In this document: positions 1 through 11,081 of the stretch, one piece after another
Layout of the letters: each line of letters opens with the position of its first letter
Numbering within the stretch: the stretch's first letter is position 1
Source of the DNA: Nemertoderma westbladi
Taxonomy: Eukaryota; Animalia; Xenacoelomorpha
Direction of reading: 5' to 3'
DNA: 43,249 nucleotides
Assembly (NCBI GenBank): GCA_032718475.1
Contig: JAUCBJ010005838.1
Coordinates: 1 to 43,249 of the forward strand
Translations under genes and position numbers: made by a program
The notes under the pieces: model-generated
Database searches by the model: none
Told to the model about the DNA's origin: nothing
What the model saw: only the letters and a program-made list of their open reading frames with translations

Positions 1-1445
1 CCCTCCCACCGTCGTACTTAGCGATCCCCCCCCCCCCCCCCCCCCCCCCCACCCACATTCCCGTTACCCTCCACCCCCCAAACACATACAATATTTCAAA
101 ATGTTTCAATCTAGATGTCTGATAAGCAAAAACATACTATTATTTTTCTCTCCAAAACAATAAACAGATGTTACCAATTTGGGGAAAAGAGCAAGTTATG
201 GAGACGGTAAAAATAAGCAATGATGTTATCAAATGAGGGAAATGAGTAATAATAAAATTCTATACACCCATAATGACCCATCTAATGACCCATCTTGAAA
301 GTCAAATCATTGGCCTAACGAAACAGGTAACAGGTAGCAACAGTCAAATAGTAATAGTGATGGTAATACCAACGACTATTCCACATGCTTATCGAACATA
401 AATAATTTGTACTGTAGTTCATTGACGGTTACCCTATGGATTCAGTAAATTAGTTTGGTAGACCTTCAAACGTGGTAATCTCGAAACGGTATGTACTACG
501 GATCCTGGCCCTTCCCCAGAACAAATTGGCTACTACTTGCTGGAATTAACTATTGTTATATGTGACATTTTAGTGCCGGTTAAAGCCATATAATCATGTT
601 TTAAATCCAATCGCATTACGTGACGCATTGCATTGCGCATTCGGACGTTTGCCAAACAAAGGGGCATATTCTGGGCTTCTGTACATGCCTGTTGCCAAGA
701 GCAACAACCCATAGCAGAGGCTTTTAATTCGGCACTACAATAACTTCCACAAAACCAACTCTATTTGATTGGCCGTGTAAATATAAAGAAAATTGTGAAA
801 AAAAGTGTCGGACGTTTGTGAGATTTATAAGAGTTTATTTAACACCAAATTTTCTTTACATGCAAGTATGCACTACCACTTTGTAATAGCTTAATTGATG
901 CAGTAATAGATAACCTTGATATTGGTACCGGAAACATCAATTTATTCCGAGTACTTTAGAAATTATGACGGATCATAAACTGACTTAATTTTGAAGAATT
1001 ATCTCAAAAAATGAGATAGTCTCATTCATTTTACTAAATCTGTACAAACGGCCCTAGTGATGACTTTTTAAATATAATATTCATAATCTATGATAAAAAT
1101 GGCACCAGAAAGTGTATTCAGTGATAACAAATTATGCATTTTATATTTTAAGTTTTTTGCCCGTTTCTTATGGAATTGACCATATGTGTATATGAATAAT
1201 AGTTATTCTAGAACATAGGTCCTATGTAGTTTATATTCCTTAGAAATCTTATAGCTATCAACAAGTACTTACGTACCGTAGCCCTAGCCGAAGATATACA
1301 GTACGAAGCTGTGGTATTCAATTACCGCATACCTAAAACTTACTGTATCTTACAATAGGCCTATGTATATACTGTACTGTATATATATATCACCACCTAC
1401 TGTCTACTCTGCATATTACAATGAAAAGTAATTATAAAATTAATT

Positions 1446-2054
1446 ATGGAAGACAATATCACAGTAACTTTGCAGGAATTCCTCGAAGGATGTGTTTACA
1501 AATCCCGCCATGCTGATAGACTTGCGCTTACACCCTATATGATAGGCAACGGTGAAATTATTTATCACAGAAAAACTGAGACGATTTCTCATCATGAAGA
1601 TGTCACTACAATTGATAACATTATAATCAAACTTAGTGCAGAAGTTGATAATGGCAGACAAGATGAATCGCTAGATGTTAAACCCACTTACTATGAGAAC
1701 TATTTCTGTGTGAATATTGCCATGACAGGCAAGTCATTTATTCTGCACTTGTTTCAGCATCCTGATTCACCCCGTCGCGATCAAAAAAAGCTATTGATCA
1801 CATTTACAGGAATAGGTTATAAGCGCATTGAAAGAAATAAAGTGGTAGTTTTTGTTGAAGATGGAGTGAGCTGCGACGCAAAAGTGTTGTTGTATTTTAA
1901 GAACAAAGGTAAAGTCGATTCAATTGTTGAAAAGTTCCGCTATCATTCCATACTTGAATGGAAATTCTTCAAAACAGCGAAAAAACGTCGCTCTTCGTTG
2001 GGGAGGCATTTATTGCGACTATCTGATGAAAAGGTTCGCCCTATTTGGTTTTGA
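1446..2054 (+). CDS. Intronless hypothetical protein, 202 aa; C-terminal half weakly PH-fold-like
   Basis: Uninterrupted ATG-to-TGA ORF of 609 bp in an AT-rich background, with an upstream TATA-like tract (1380-1390). No family motif recognised with confidence. Confidence 0.5.
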   Translation: MEDNITVTLQEFLEGCVYKSRHADRLALTPYMIGNGEIIYHRKTETISHHEDVTTIDNIIIKLSAEVDNGRQDESLDVKPTYYENYFCVNIAMTGKSFILHLFQHPDSPRRDQKKLLITFTGIGYKRIERNKVVVFVEDGVSCDAKVLLYFKNKGKVDSIVEKFRYHSILEWKFFKTAKKRRSSLGRHLLRLSDEKVRPIWF

Positions 2055-2329
2055 GAACACCCCCTCCAAAATTGATATACATATAATACTTTTTACCTAG
2101 GTTTTTATGGCACTAGGCCCTATAAATACTACTACAGATACAAAGTGTCCCCTCCCCATCTTACCGTAAAATTTTGTATTTCTCTAATAGGTTGGATAGT
2201 CTTTAAATAATTTACAGCTACTTTGAAGCTTTTAAAAACGTCGCAATTTATTGAAAATTTATAATATCACTGCTACAGTGCTACTACAGTAAATAATATA
2301 CCTGTTGTCGTAAGTGTCGTAAGTGAGCC

Positions 2330-2405
2330 AGACCTGTTTTTAACGATAAGCATATAGTATGCCATACTGCTGTGTACTGGTCCAGGTATCGTTAAAAACA
2401 GGTCT
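2330..2405. repeat. Perfect 19-bp inverted repeat (hairpin or MITE-like) upstream of OGFOD3
   Basis: AGACCTGTTTTTAACGATA (2330-2348) and TATCGTTAAAAACAGGTCT (2387-2405), 38-nt spacer. Confidence 0.85.
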
Positions 2406-2432
2406 CTTCAACGATGCCATTTACACATTAAA

Positions 2433-2446
2433 GCGGGAAATTTGAA
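2433..2446 (+). promoter_or_regulatory. E2F-like site abutting a CHR-like element
   Basis: GCGGGAAA immediately followed by TTTGAA, about 200 bp upstream of the OGFOD3 ATG. Confidence 0.3.
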
Positions 2447-2645
2447 TTCAGCAAAGAAGAGCAAACCTATTTCGTATTTTTAACGACACGTGTAAACTAC
2501 CGAACCGCTACCCCTACCCCAGCTGTAAATTTAGTTCTGTTATCAGTATCAGTACAGCAGTAGGCCTACCCCTACAGTATATTACATAAATTAAGATGAA
2601 CCATTAACTTAATTAATTAGGTATATTAACTAGGCCTATTTCATA

Positions 2646-3578
2646 ATGGCGAAACCGAAACTGCGTAACTCAAAGAGTTCCAAAAGTAGAGGCAAACGAT
2701 GGAACTACGCTTTGTATGCGATAGTTATCGCTTCTATCAGTGGACTTCTTTGTTACTATGGGGACCATATACAAATATCAATCTATCATATATTCGAGCG
2801 CCATCTGGCGACACCCGACGGCACTGTAAATCGGAGCCAAGTTGTTCTAGCTTCCGCTTCTAAGTCGGTAGATCTCGCCCATCGCGTAGTAAACTGTTCC
2901 GATGATTACCGCGAGGAGCCGTTCGCAGGCTGCACGCCTACAGTCTGCGGTCGCGGTGTAACCGATACCCTGATCCCACGCGAGATGGCGCTGGTCCTCC
3001 GCGGCCTGGCTTCACGGGGACTCCAACTCGGAGGATCCTCTGGTGGCGTCTCCGTGCTCAACCTCCACACCGGGGCGCTCTCCTACGACGATAAGTTCGT
3101 CGACGTCTATAAACTCATCCGGAAACGTCCCGATTCGGCGACCTACTTCCAGCCGGAGGCCCTCGAAGTCTACGACGAGACAAAAAGGAAGATTAAGCTC
3201 CGGATCGCGAACCACTTTGGCGTGGATCCGACCAAGTTGTTCCTAACGAGTCCGACGTTCTTCTCTCGGATGGAGGGGAAACCGGCACGAACTCTTCACG
3301 ACGAGTACTGGCACAGCCACGTCGACAAGGTCACCTACGAATCCTTCCATTACACCGCTCTTCTCTACCTATCGGACTACGGAACCGACTTCCACGGTGG
3401 CCGTTTCGTTTTCGACGATCTCCATGGCAACACGACTGTGGAACCTCGTCTCGGAAGGGTTTCCTTTTTTACTTCCGGTTCTGAGAATAAACATCATGTT
3501 GAACGCGTTACAGACGGGTTGCGTTACGCCGTTACAGTGGCCTTTACTTGTGATCCTACTAAGGAACTGTTACAATAG
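2646..3578 (+). CDS. OGFOD3: 2-oxoglutarate/Fe(II)-dependent oxygenase, OGFOD3 family, N-terminal membrane anchor, intronless
   Basis: Basic N-terminus plus TM segment (YALYAIVIASISGLLCYY). Family motifs GCTPTVCGRGVTD, GGSSGGVSVLNLHTGALS and LFLTSPTFFSR. HxD in EYWHSHVDK, distal His in ENKHHVE, 2OG-binding Arg in GLRYA. Confidence 0.9.
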   Translation: MAKPKLRNSKSSKSRGKRWNYALYAIVIASISGLLCYYGDHIQISIYHIFERHLATPDGTVNRSQVVLASASKSVDLAHRVVNCSDDYREEPFAGCTPTVCGRGVTDTLIPREMALVLRGLASRGLQLGGSSGGVSVLNLHTGALSYDDKFVDVYKLIRKRPDSATYFQPEALEVYDETKRKIKLRIANHFGVDPTKLFLTSPTFFSRMEGKPARTLHDEYWHSHVDKVTYESFHYTALLYLSDYGTDFHGGRFVFDDLHGNTTVEPRLGRVSFFTSGSENKHHVERVTDGLRYAVTVAFTCDPTKELLQ

Positions 3579-3911
3579 GTCGTCTACCTACCTACTGTAT
3601 TTACTTAATTGTTATTGTTTGGTGTTGTTTATCATGGGTTACTTTTAATTTTAAATAATTAAGTTATCGGTTTATTTTTATATAAAAAATAGGGCAATAA
3701 AAAGAACAATATATTTCAGTCAACAAAAGATACGAACTAAATGCGTATATGATTTTGGGTAGTTTTGACAGGATAGGGCCGAAACGGTCAAAAACTAGTC
3801 AGATGGCGTTAACAATCGTAATCCTTTTATTATTGATCCGTCCTCTTAAAAATATAACAATTTTATGCGATATTGTGAGACGTTCCACATAATGATCTGC
3901 ATTATTATTGC

Positions 3912-3946
3912 CACATACATACACATACATACACATACATACACAT
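3912..3946. repeat. (ACAT/AC)n microsatellite
   Basis: cacatacatacacatacatacacatacatacacat. Confidence 0.8.
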
Positions 3947-4296
3947 CCACGTACAACCACATACCACAACTTGTTAGCGGAACACTTGTATAAATGCATT
4001 CAATAATATCATTGTTAATTTTATTTAATTTAAGGACATCTGGGTTCCTATTCATCATGCTTGATGATACATTCAGTAGTATATTTCGAAACAACAAAAA
4101 AATGCAATTCCAGAATAATTATTGTATAAAGATACCACAATAATTTTTTTATTTTAAATGAATATTTGACTTGTTCTGGAACGTTTTAAAGAGACGTAAT
4201 AAAAAATAGTGTATCAAAAGAAAAGGGTGTTCTCAAAAAAGTTAGATCCAAAAGGTCTATAGGAATGCATTAGACAATAAATTTGATCTCGACGCG

Positions 4297-4770
4297 ATGT
4301 ACACAGATGAAGGAAGTCACATTCCTAACCTCCTTCGAGCTGCAGTAAACTGGGTCGAGACATTCGGCTTCGGTTATGGTGACTTGTATGTAGATCCTCA
4401 CAATAAATTATTCGCAAACGACTTTCGTGTTCGTTGTACGCAAAAATGTAAACGACGATTTCTAAAAAAATTGATAGTGAAGAATACCCTGCCTCTTGGA
4501 AGATATGCACGCGTTCGAAGATTCAGGCATTTGGTCTGTGGCGTGGTGGTTGGGTGTTTTAGAGATCACATTGAGAAGAACAAGTGTGGAGATGGCTTTA
4601 CACTAGCGGACAGCAACATCGAGGTTTGCAAGTTTTTTCAGGAACATATTCAGAAAACATTGGACACTCAGAAAACATTGGACACTCGGAAAGGTAAATA
4701 CGACTGTATGCTACGCCGACAACGTCAAAACGAAACTGTATCCTTTGTGCGCGTGACTGTCGTTTATTGA
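4297..4770 (+). CDS. Intronless 157-aa ORF, divergent or truncated RhoGAP-like domain lacking the arginine finger
   Basis: IPNLLRAAVNWVETFGFGYGDLYV resembles RhoGAP box 1 (vP.iv..ci..ie..Gl..eGiyR). HLVCGVVVGCFRD resembles box 2 (h.va.llK.ffRe). Val sits at the catalytic Arg position. Confidence 0.4.
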   Translation: MYTDEGSHIPNLLRAAVNWVETFGFGYGDLYVDPHNKLFANDFRVRCTQKCKRRFLKKLIVKNTLPLGRYARVRRFRHLVCGVVVGCFRDHIEKNKCGDGFTLADSNIEVCKFFQEHIQKTLDTQKTLDTRKGKYDCMLRRQRQNETVSFVRVTVVY

Positions 4771-5320
4771 TTTGGTTAGAATAACATACAACTGCAACAT
4801 GTTCCTTACCATCAAATGATATTTAACAAAAATTAACATTAATTGATGTTAATTAATGGTTATCAGCAGGTGGTTGTTAGCGAAGCGCTTATATCATGTG
4901 CAATTAATAGTATTACTTTTTTGCATCAGTTACCTTAATATGTGGGTCAATTTTGGATAATTTCAATATCTGACAATGTGATAATGTCAATTTTCGCTTT
5001 AGTTGTGTACTATATATACAGTATCAGGGTGAAATTATTTACTTATTTGTTATGTGTTCAATTATTAATCCATTCAATTTATTAACATCAATAAGTTCAA
5101 TTCAGTTATATAAATTAATTATCTTTCCATATTAAAATAAATATACATTTATATAGCGCCATTTAGCGTTATGGTCAATTAATAATTGTATGCTACAACA
5201 ACTGTACTTCTACTGTAATTACCGAGATATAGCAATTAATAATGTGCTGCAGGTCAGTGTAATGTTTTTCCTTTCCCATTGAGTCTACTGCTTATTACAA
5301 AATTAATTAAATCATTCTGG

Positions 5321-5436
5321 GCTTCTAATTAGGGAACTCTGGTTCGATCCCTAAATGGGGCAGCACAGTTTGGGCGCAGTGCTTTAAATGCTGCAACCTA
5401 GCCCAACCCGGGCGTTCAACCTTCAGAGGTCGATAT
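5321..5436 (+). mobile_element. Short tRNA-derived SINE fragment with TSD
   Basis: B-box-like GGTTCGATCCC (5341-5351). The 3' segment CAACCTTCAGAGGTCGATA resembles conserved SINE central domains. Flanked by 17/18-identical direct repeats TTAATTAAAT[C/T]ATTCTGG (5303-5320, 5437-5454). Confidence 0.55.
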
Positions 5437-6000
5437 TTAATTAAATTATTCTGGAACATCACTATTTCGATAGTATACTTGTTATCCTGCTCTATATTTT
5501 GTTTGACTTATACTGTACAGTATATGTTACATTACAAATTTTTTGGAGTATTTTGAAATTTTACTCATTGTTTGATGTTGCTATTTTTGTGCCCCAATGA
5601 CAATGTCTCACGCAATATTAGTTGTTTTTATGTAAAATTGTTCGCTGGGATATTTAAAAAAACTGGAACAAAATTCCTGAGTCACACCAACCCCTTTGAA
5701 ACCCACCGGGTCTGAAATAAGGGTGTAATATTTGATTCAGCCCATAGCCGACGTGTAGGCCTAACTGTAAACCACTGCAGTAGGCCTACTGTATGTTCGT
5801 AAATTGTATTAATCCAATACTCTGAATTTTTTGTATGCACCATCCCTATTCTAATTAAAACCTCTTTTAAACTTAATAAAATAATAATACACTCATGTAG
5901 GCCTACATACATGTACCTTGTATAATATTTTATACAATATAATATTTGTTATACTATTCTAGGAAGTTCACCAATTTCACTTAACGATTATGATTCAATT

Positions 6001-6474
6001 ATGAATTATGTAAAAACGCAAAACAGTACATACAGAGGAACCCGAAGTCCTTCATACGACCCGATAAGTCAAATGGCAGCATTTAGGGAGGATATCAGAA
6101 TAATATTCGGTTCACACGAGTATGAAGGATATACTAGAAACCGAACTTCTAGTAACACAGATTCATTCGGAACGGAGACCAATCTAGACACCAGCAGTCT
6201 AGATTCCTATACAACGATTTCAAGTCCCAGCCCTAGCAACAGAGATTCCTATGCACCAATGTCCAGTCCCAACCCTGGCATCAGAGGTTCGTATGCGATG
6301 CGTGTCAATCCTGATTCTAGCGACAATTCTTGCGACGGAAGTTCGGGTACTGATGCTGCTATAGTCGATCTCAATTCTAGCCACGGAAGTTCGTGTACTA
6401 CAATGAGTCTCAATATTAACGTTGATAGATTAATCAAAAAGTTGAATGCTAAACTCTCAACAGATCGCCTGTAA
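6001..6474 (+). CDS. Intronless Ser-rich, probably disordered hypothetical protein, 157 aa
   Basis: Open ATG-to-TAA ORF with higher GC than its flanks; internal repeat SSPSPSNRDSYA / SSPNPGIRGSYA. Confidence 0.4.
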   Translation: MNYVKTQNSTYRGTRSPSYDPISQMAAFREDIRIIFGSHEYEGYTRNRTSSNTDSFGTETNLDTSSLDSYTTISSPSPSNRDSYAPMSSPNPGIRGSYAMRVNPDSSDNSCDGSSGTDAAIVDLNSSHGSSCTTMSLNINVDRLIKKLNAKLSTDRL

Positions 6475-6612
6475 TCATTAGTCTCTTTGCTCTTTTCTAG
6501 ATATTTTCAGAGATTTCAAATATAAAACTGCTTCAAATGCAATTTTTTTATTTGGTGGGGGGATTTACCCCCAATATATTCTTTTAGATTACTCCTAAAC
6601 TTTCGATTGTTA

Positions 6613-6726
6613 TTGAGCTCGCTTGGTAAATAGCGTTATTGCAATAATACTTGAGCTCGCTTGGTAAATAGCGTTATTGCAATAATACTTTAGCTCGCTT
6701 GGTAAATAGCGTTATTGCAATAATAA
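6613..6726. repeat. Three tandem copies of a ~38-bp unit
   Basis: TTGAGCTCGCTTGGTAAATAGCGTTATTGCAATAATAC x3, each containing the palindrome TTATTGCAATAA. Confidence 0.9.
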
Positions 6727-7347
6727 TTAAGTATTCTTATAAAATACTAATAGTTATTGCAATTATATTAATTTTATCACAATAATATTATTTTTACTGC
6801 AATGATATTTGGCCCTACCTACTTTAAATAAAAAAATATTATTTAATTAAAATACTAAAACTATACCTTAATATACAGCTATATTCCCACTATTACTATA
6901 GTGGGATTGTCCTTAAATCATCCCGTTGAGTGTTCTCAACCGATTTTGATCAAATTTTCCGAGGTGATGAATATTATCGCAATGTTATTTTTTGAAGTTT
7001 CCTGTTACCATATAAATTGGCTGTTATTTTCCCCACTACTTCGCTACATACTGTACTTCTTATAGAAATGGGGAGGGATGTAATATGTCAGCTCCTTCAG
7101 TAGCTGTAACATTTTAATTTTTCGGTTTTCGAGTTTTAAGGCCATGTAAAACCCTAAATAAATATATAATATTCATCCTTTCGACCATCAATATATAGAG
7201 AAATAAAAACCATTTCTACAGCAGCCTTTAATTCTTCACGGTCTACTTCCATCTGTGAAAAAAGATTTGACATTTTCTTGACAGTGGTACAGTATGTGCC
7301 ATGTACTACTACTACTAGGATCGGCATGCTGCATTGCAGCTGCATTT

Positions 7348-10274
7348 TTAAGAATACTGTGCCGGCTTATCTACAAAATTGCACCGCCACAACTCCCTAT
7401 CACCCATGACATTTGCTAGATCATCCGCATCATCAAGGCCAGTGTCCTTTAAGATGCGTCTCAAGAAAGTCATGTGCTGTCCACCATGCTTATTCACTCC
7501 ATGAGGCTGCCAAAGTACAAGATTATGCACTGGCTGGTCCTCACGGCGAAAGCAATGTCCTGCAAAGCGGAGGCGATTTTGTTCTAGTGTCAAACTTGGG
7601 GGAACCAATGAGACACCGCCAATGTTATATAGTGTCTGGTTGGAGATGTGTGCATTGAACTTGACACAATGAACCCGGCGTAGCATTCTTGTGAATGTGC
7701 CGTCCAGCGATTTGGTGTCCTCAGCAGTTAGAGCCCAGCATGGACTCCCATAGAGGAGTACTGGAACTACTGCTGCTCTAAATAACCGGACCTTAAGTTT
7801 CCGATTAATTCACGGTGACTTCCAAATCCTGGAAAGCCTATTCAAGGCTGCCCATGCCTTTCCCTTACGTATTCGAAGGTCCTCACCTGACTTCCGGTTC
7901 CATGATCTCAGGTAACAGAAGTCATCCACATGCTCAAGCATACCATCTTTTGAGCTTATGCTCATCCGATCAGAGACTTGCTGAGGACTTTCAAAGTTAA
8001 CTGTCAAAATTTTGGTCTTTCTGGAGTTAATAAAAAGACCAACACTAGAAGCAGCATGTTCTAATGAGCTGAGTGAGGAGCCGTTGGGCTCCCTCTAGTG
8101 ATTCTGAGAGTACTCCTAAGTCATCAGCAAAGTCTAGATCAGTTAGATACTTGGCAGGATTTCCTCGACTTCTGGAGCCAGTAGGTAGAGTTATCATCAC
8201 CCCATCATCATTATGATGATAGGACATGCGTAGAACATAGTCAACAACAATTATGAACAAGAATGGTGCAAGTGTGTCTCCCTGGAGGACGCCCCATAAC
8301 ACTTCAAATGGTTCTGTGTCACCGTCAACAGTAGACACAAATGTTGTCGAACCATCGTATACTGATCTGATTGCTGCAATAATTTCATCAGGAATCCCAT
8401 ATAATGAAAGTATGATGAACATACGTGAGCGAGTGACTGAATCAAAGACCTTGAAGAAATCAACAAAGATAACAGCCAGATGCCTGTCTTTCTTTTTTGA
8501 TAACTCTTCAATTATCTTTCTAAGTGCCAAAATGGAATCAATGGTCCCACGACCTTTACGGAACCCATTCTGATTTCCACGGAGCAGTCTCTCAATGGGA
8601 TCCCTGATGCGATTTAATATAATTATATTGTATGTATAGCTTTGCAGCAATCGAGATCAATGAGATTCCCCGAAAAGAACCATGGAGTGTTAGGTTGCCC
8701 TTCTTGGGAACTGGTACCAACTTATTTGTTTTCATTTCTTGTGGGACTCTTGTTGTATGTACGGTACATGTCTACTATGATGGGATAGATGAGCTTTAAA
8801 CACTCAGGTATTTTAAAGACCTCAGGGGGAACACCATCTACTCCACTGGCACGATTGGTCTTAATGCTCTTTGCAGCAGCCTTCACTTCTGCAAAGGAGA
8901 TATCACCAATGGGAATATCTGGGAGTACAGACTCAGACACTTTTACTTCTATAAAGTGATCAGGCAATACCATGTCATTATTGAGGAGCTTTTCAAAGTG
9001 GGCCTTCCAACCATTGAGGCGATCGGCTGGTGATTCAGCCTTAACCTTGGTGGTTGGTTGGCTTTTTCGACCAGCAAGCAAGTTGATCGATCTCGATGCC
9101 TGGGTTGATTGCCTGCTGTCGTCAGCATCATTGATGGCATCAACCTGTTGGTTTATTAGCTCCTGTAAATTAACAGAGTACTGCCTGTTCAGGGACCTAG
9201 ATGCAGCCTTAACTGCATTCTTGGCCGCTGTAGTCTGTTTGAGTCGGGACTCTTTCTGCGTCTTGTAGAGGTCATTTCGGCACTTCTGAATTTTGTTGTC
9301 ATTCCAGGGGGCCCGTTTCCTGTTTCGAGGGTATACAGGAACTGTTTCTGCAGCTGCTGCTGCTAACTTAACTGCCTCTGTGAAGGCAGTATAGTCCTAC
9401 AGTGATCTGCCGCCTCAGAGGCAAGAGCCTCATACCTGTTGCTCAGCTGTAGTGTGAAGCTGGATATCACACTTGGCTGTTGCAACAGGGAGGACCAGTC
9501 ATGCCGCGGCAAGGCAGATTTCGTTGTTCTGCTAGCACGCAGACTAAGTCTTACCTTGGCCAGAATAAGGCGGTAATCACTGGAGAAGGGTCGTAGTGTA
9601 AATGCATTACAGTCTTGTATAGAGCTCCTGTATTTCCTACGAAACAGGATATGGTCTATCTGGGATTTGTGACCACTGGGTCCACTATGAGTCCATAGCT
9701 TTCCAGTTCGCTTCTTGAACTGGGTTCCAGCCGAAAACAATCCATTTCCAGAGATAAAATCCTGAAGATGGACGGAATTTCGGTTAACACTATTGCTATA
9801 GACCCAGGGCGATGTAGGTGAATGATGCAGACTTACATTAAAGTCTCCCAGGAATGTTAAGAATGCATGCTGATCCACTCCATCAGTAGCTGCTTGTAGA
9901 AATTTTCCACCTCCTCTACAGGGGCAACACTAGTTGGAGAGTAGCACACAATCAGAACCACCTTAGGAAACTTCTTAGCCAGTCTACCAGAACATGAGAA
10001 GTGGCAACGGATGATGCGGTTAGAGATTTGGTCTATTTTGTCCAATGCTGCATGTGCAGTTGAATTCATCAATAGACCAATTCCACCATTGCCACTATCA
10101 TCTGCTAAAGCGAGGGCGAGTCGCCAACCGCCCCCCATGCCCTTAATCAGAACCTCATCAGTCTGTCCAGTCTGCATTCGGTGCTCTTGAACACCCACTG
10201 CACTAAGAGAAAGCTTATCTGCCAAGGCAGTCAGCTCACCCGAGTGTTAGGGTGTTTACTGAAGCTAGTCTAGT
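7348..10274 (-). pseudogene. RTE ORF: APE endonuclease plus reverse transcriptase, several frameshifts and stops
   Basis: APE motifs VGVQEHR, VCYSPT, LGDFN, QIDHIL, SDYRL. RT motifs QNGFRKGRGT, FVDFFKVFDSV, GVLQGDTLAPFLF, DLDFADD. RTE-type C-terminus RLRFAGHCFR. Confidence 0.9.
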
Positions 10275-10814
10275 AATCACTTTTATGTATATTAATCACA
10301 TTTTAGCAAATTAAACAAAATTAACCAAAATTAATTCAACGATCAAACAACAATCAATTAATTAATTACAACTATTTAACGCAATCCCAGCCTCGGCTAC
10401 AGCCGCGCTCATGCCGGTGTCCTGCATCGTCTGTCTCGTTGCCAGCCTAGCCTTCGGCATCTGTGCGCCCCGGAGGCACATGATGGAGGAACGGAGGAGG
10501 GCGAAACTCAACCGAGTCCTGATGAGGGAGAGAGTCTCCGAGTAGGGAGTGTCCCGTTTCGCCGACAGTAGGAGCGCGATGCGTGTGAGGAGTGCGTGGG
10601 CTGAGCGGCTGGCCCCACCAGTTGTAGCAATTATAAAAGGCGAGAAGCCGGCGTGCTCGACATCATTGATTCTCTCCTCGTACTTCCTCCATTTCTCTCG
10701 ATCATGTTTGCTGTAAGCCGCATCCATGGAGTGAGGATTGGAAGAGCACAGAGGATTGAATACCTTGACGTCGATATACACCCGCTCGAAACGCCCACCC
10801 CACAGCCCATTCGC

Positions 10815-11081
10815 TGTGAGCGGATTCAATTCCGCCTCACATAACCCCCATAAAGTAGGGAAGTGGCGCCTTTAAGCAATATTGGGGAGTACGAGGTTGA
10901 TTACAATCAACCTCGTATCACCCCCAATAATGCAGACAACACACGGCCCCAAAGAGCCACAGAAAAGAGGTTATAGGTCAAATCTCTTGGGAGAGGGAAA
11001 GTAGCAGCAGCGGGGGGGAAGCACTCCCACAGAGGTGGAGGCGAGAAGTGGGATAACAACCAATGGGAGAGGAGAGCATCC
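10815..11081 (+). repeat. Element B 5' LTR, left part
   Basis: Matches 32312-32578; interrupted at CATCC by element A. Confidence 0.92.

Noticed and set aside
26-50. Poly-C run as a functional element
   Set aside because: Simple homopolymer at the window edge, with unreliable length and no context.
10815-10841. lac operator-like TGTGAGCGGATTCAATT (vector contamination)
   Set aside because: Imperfect match; it is the LTR terminus, forms a local hairpin, recurs at 32312, and has no flanking vector sequence.
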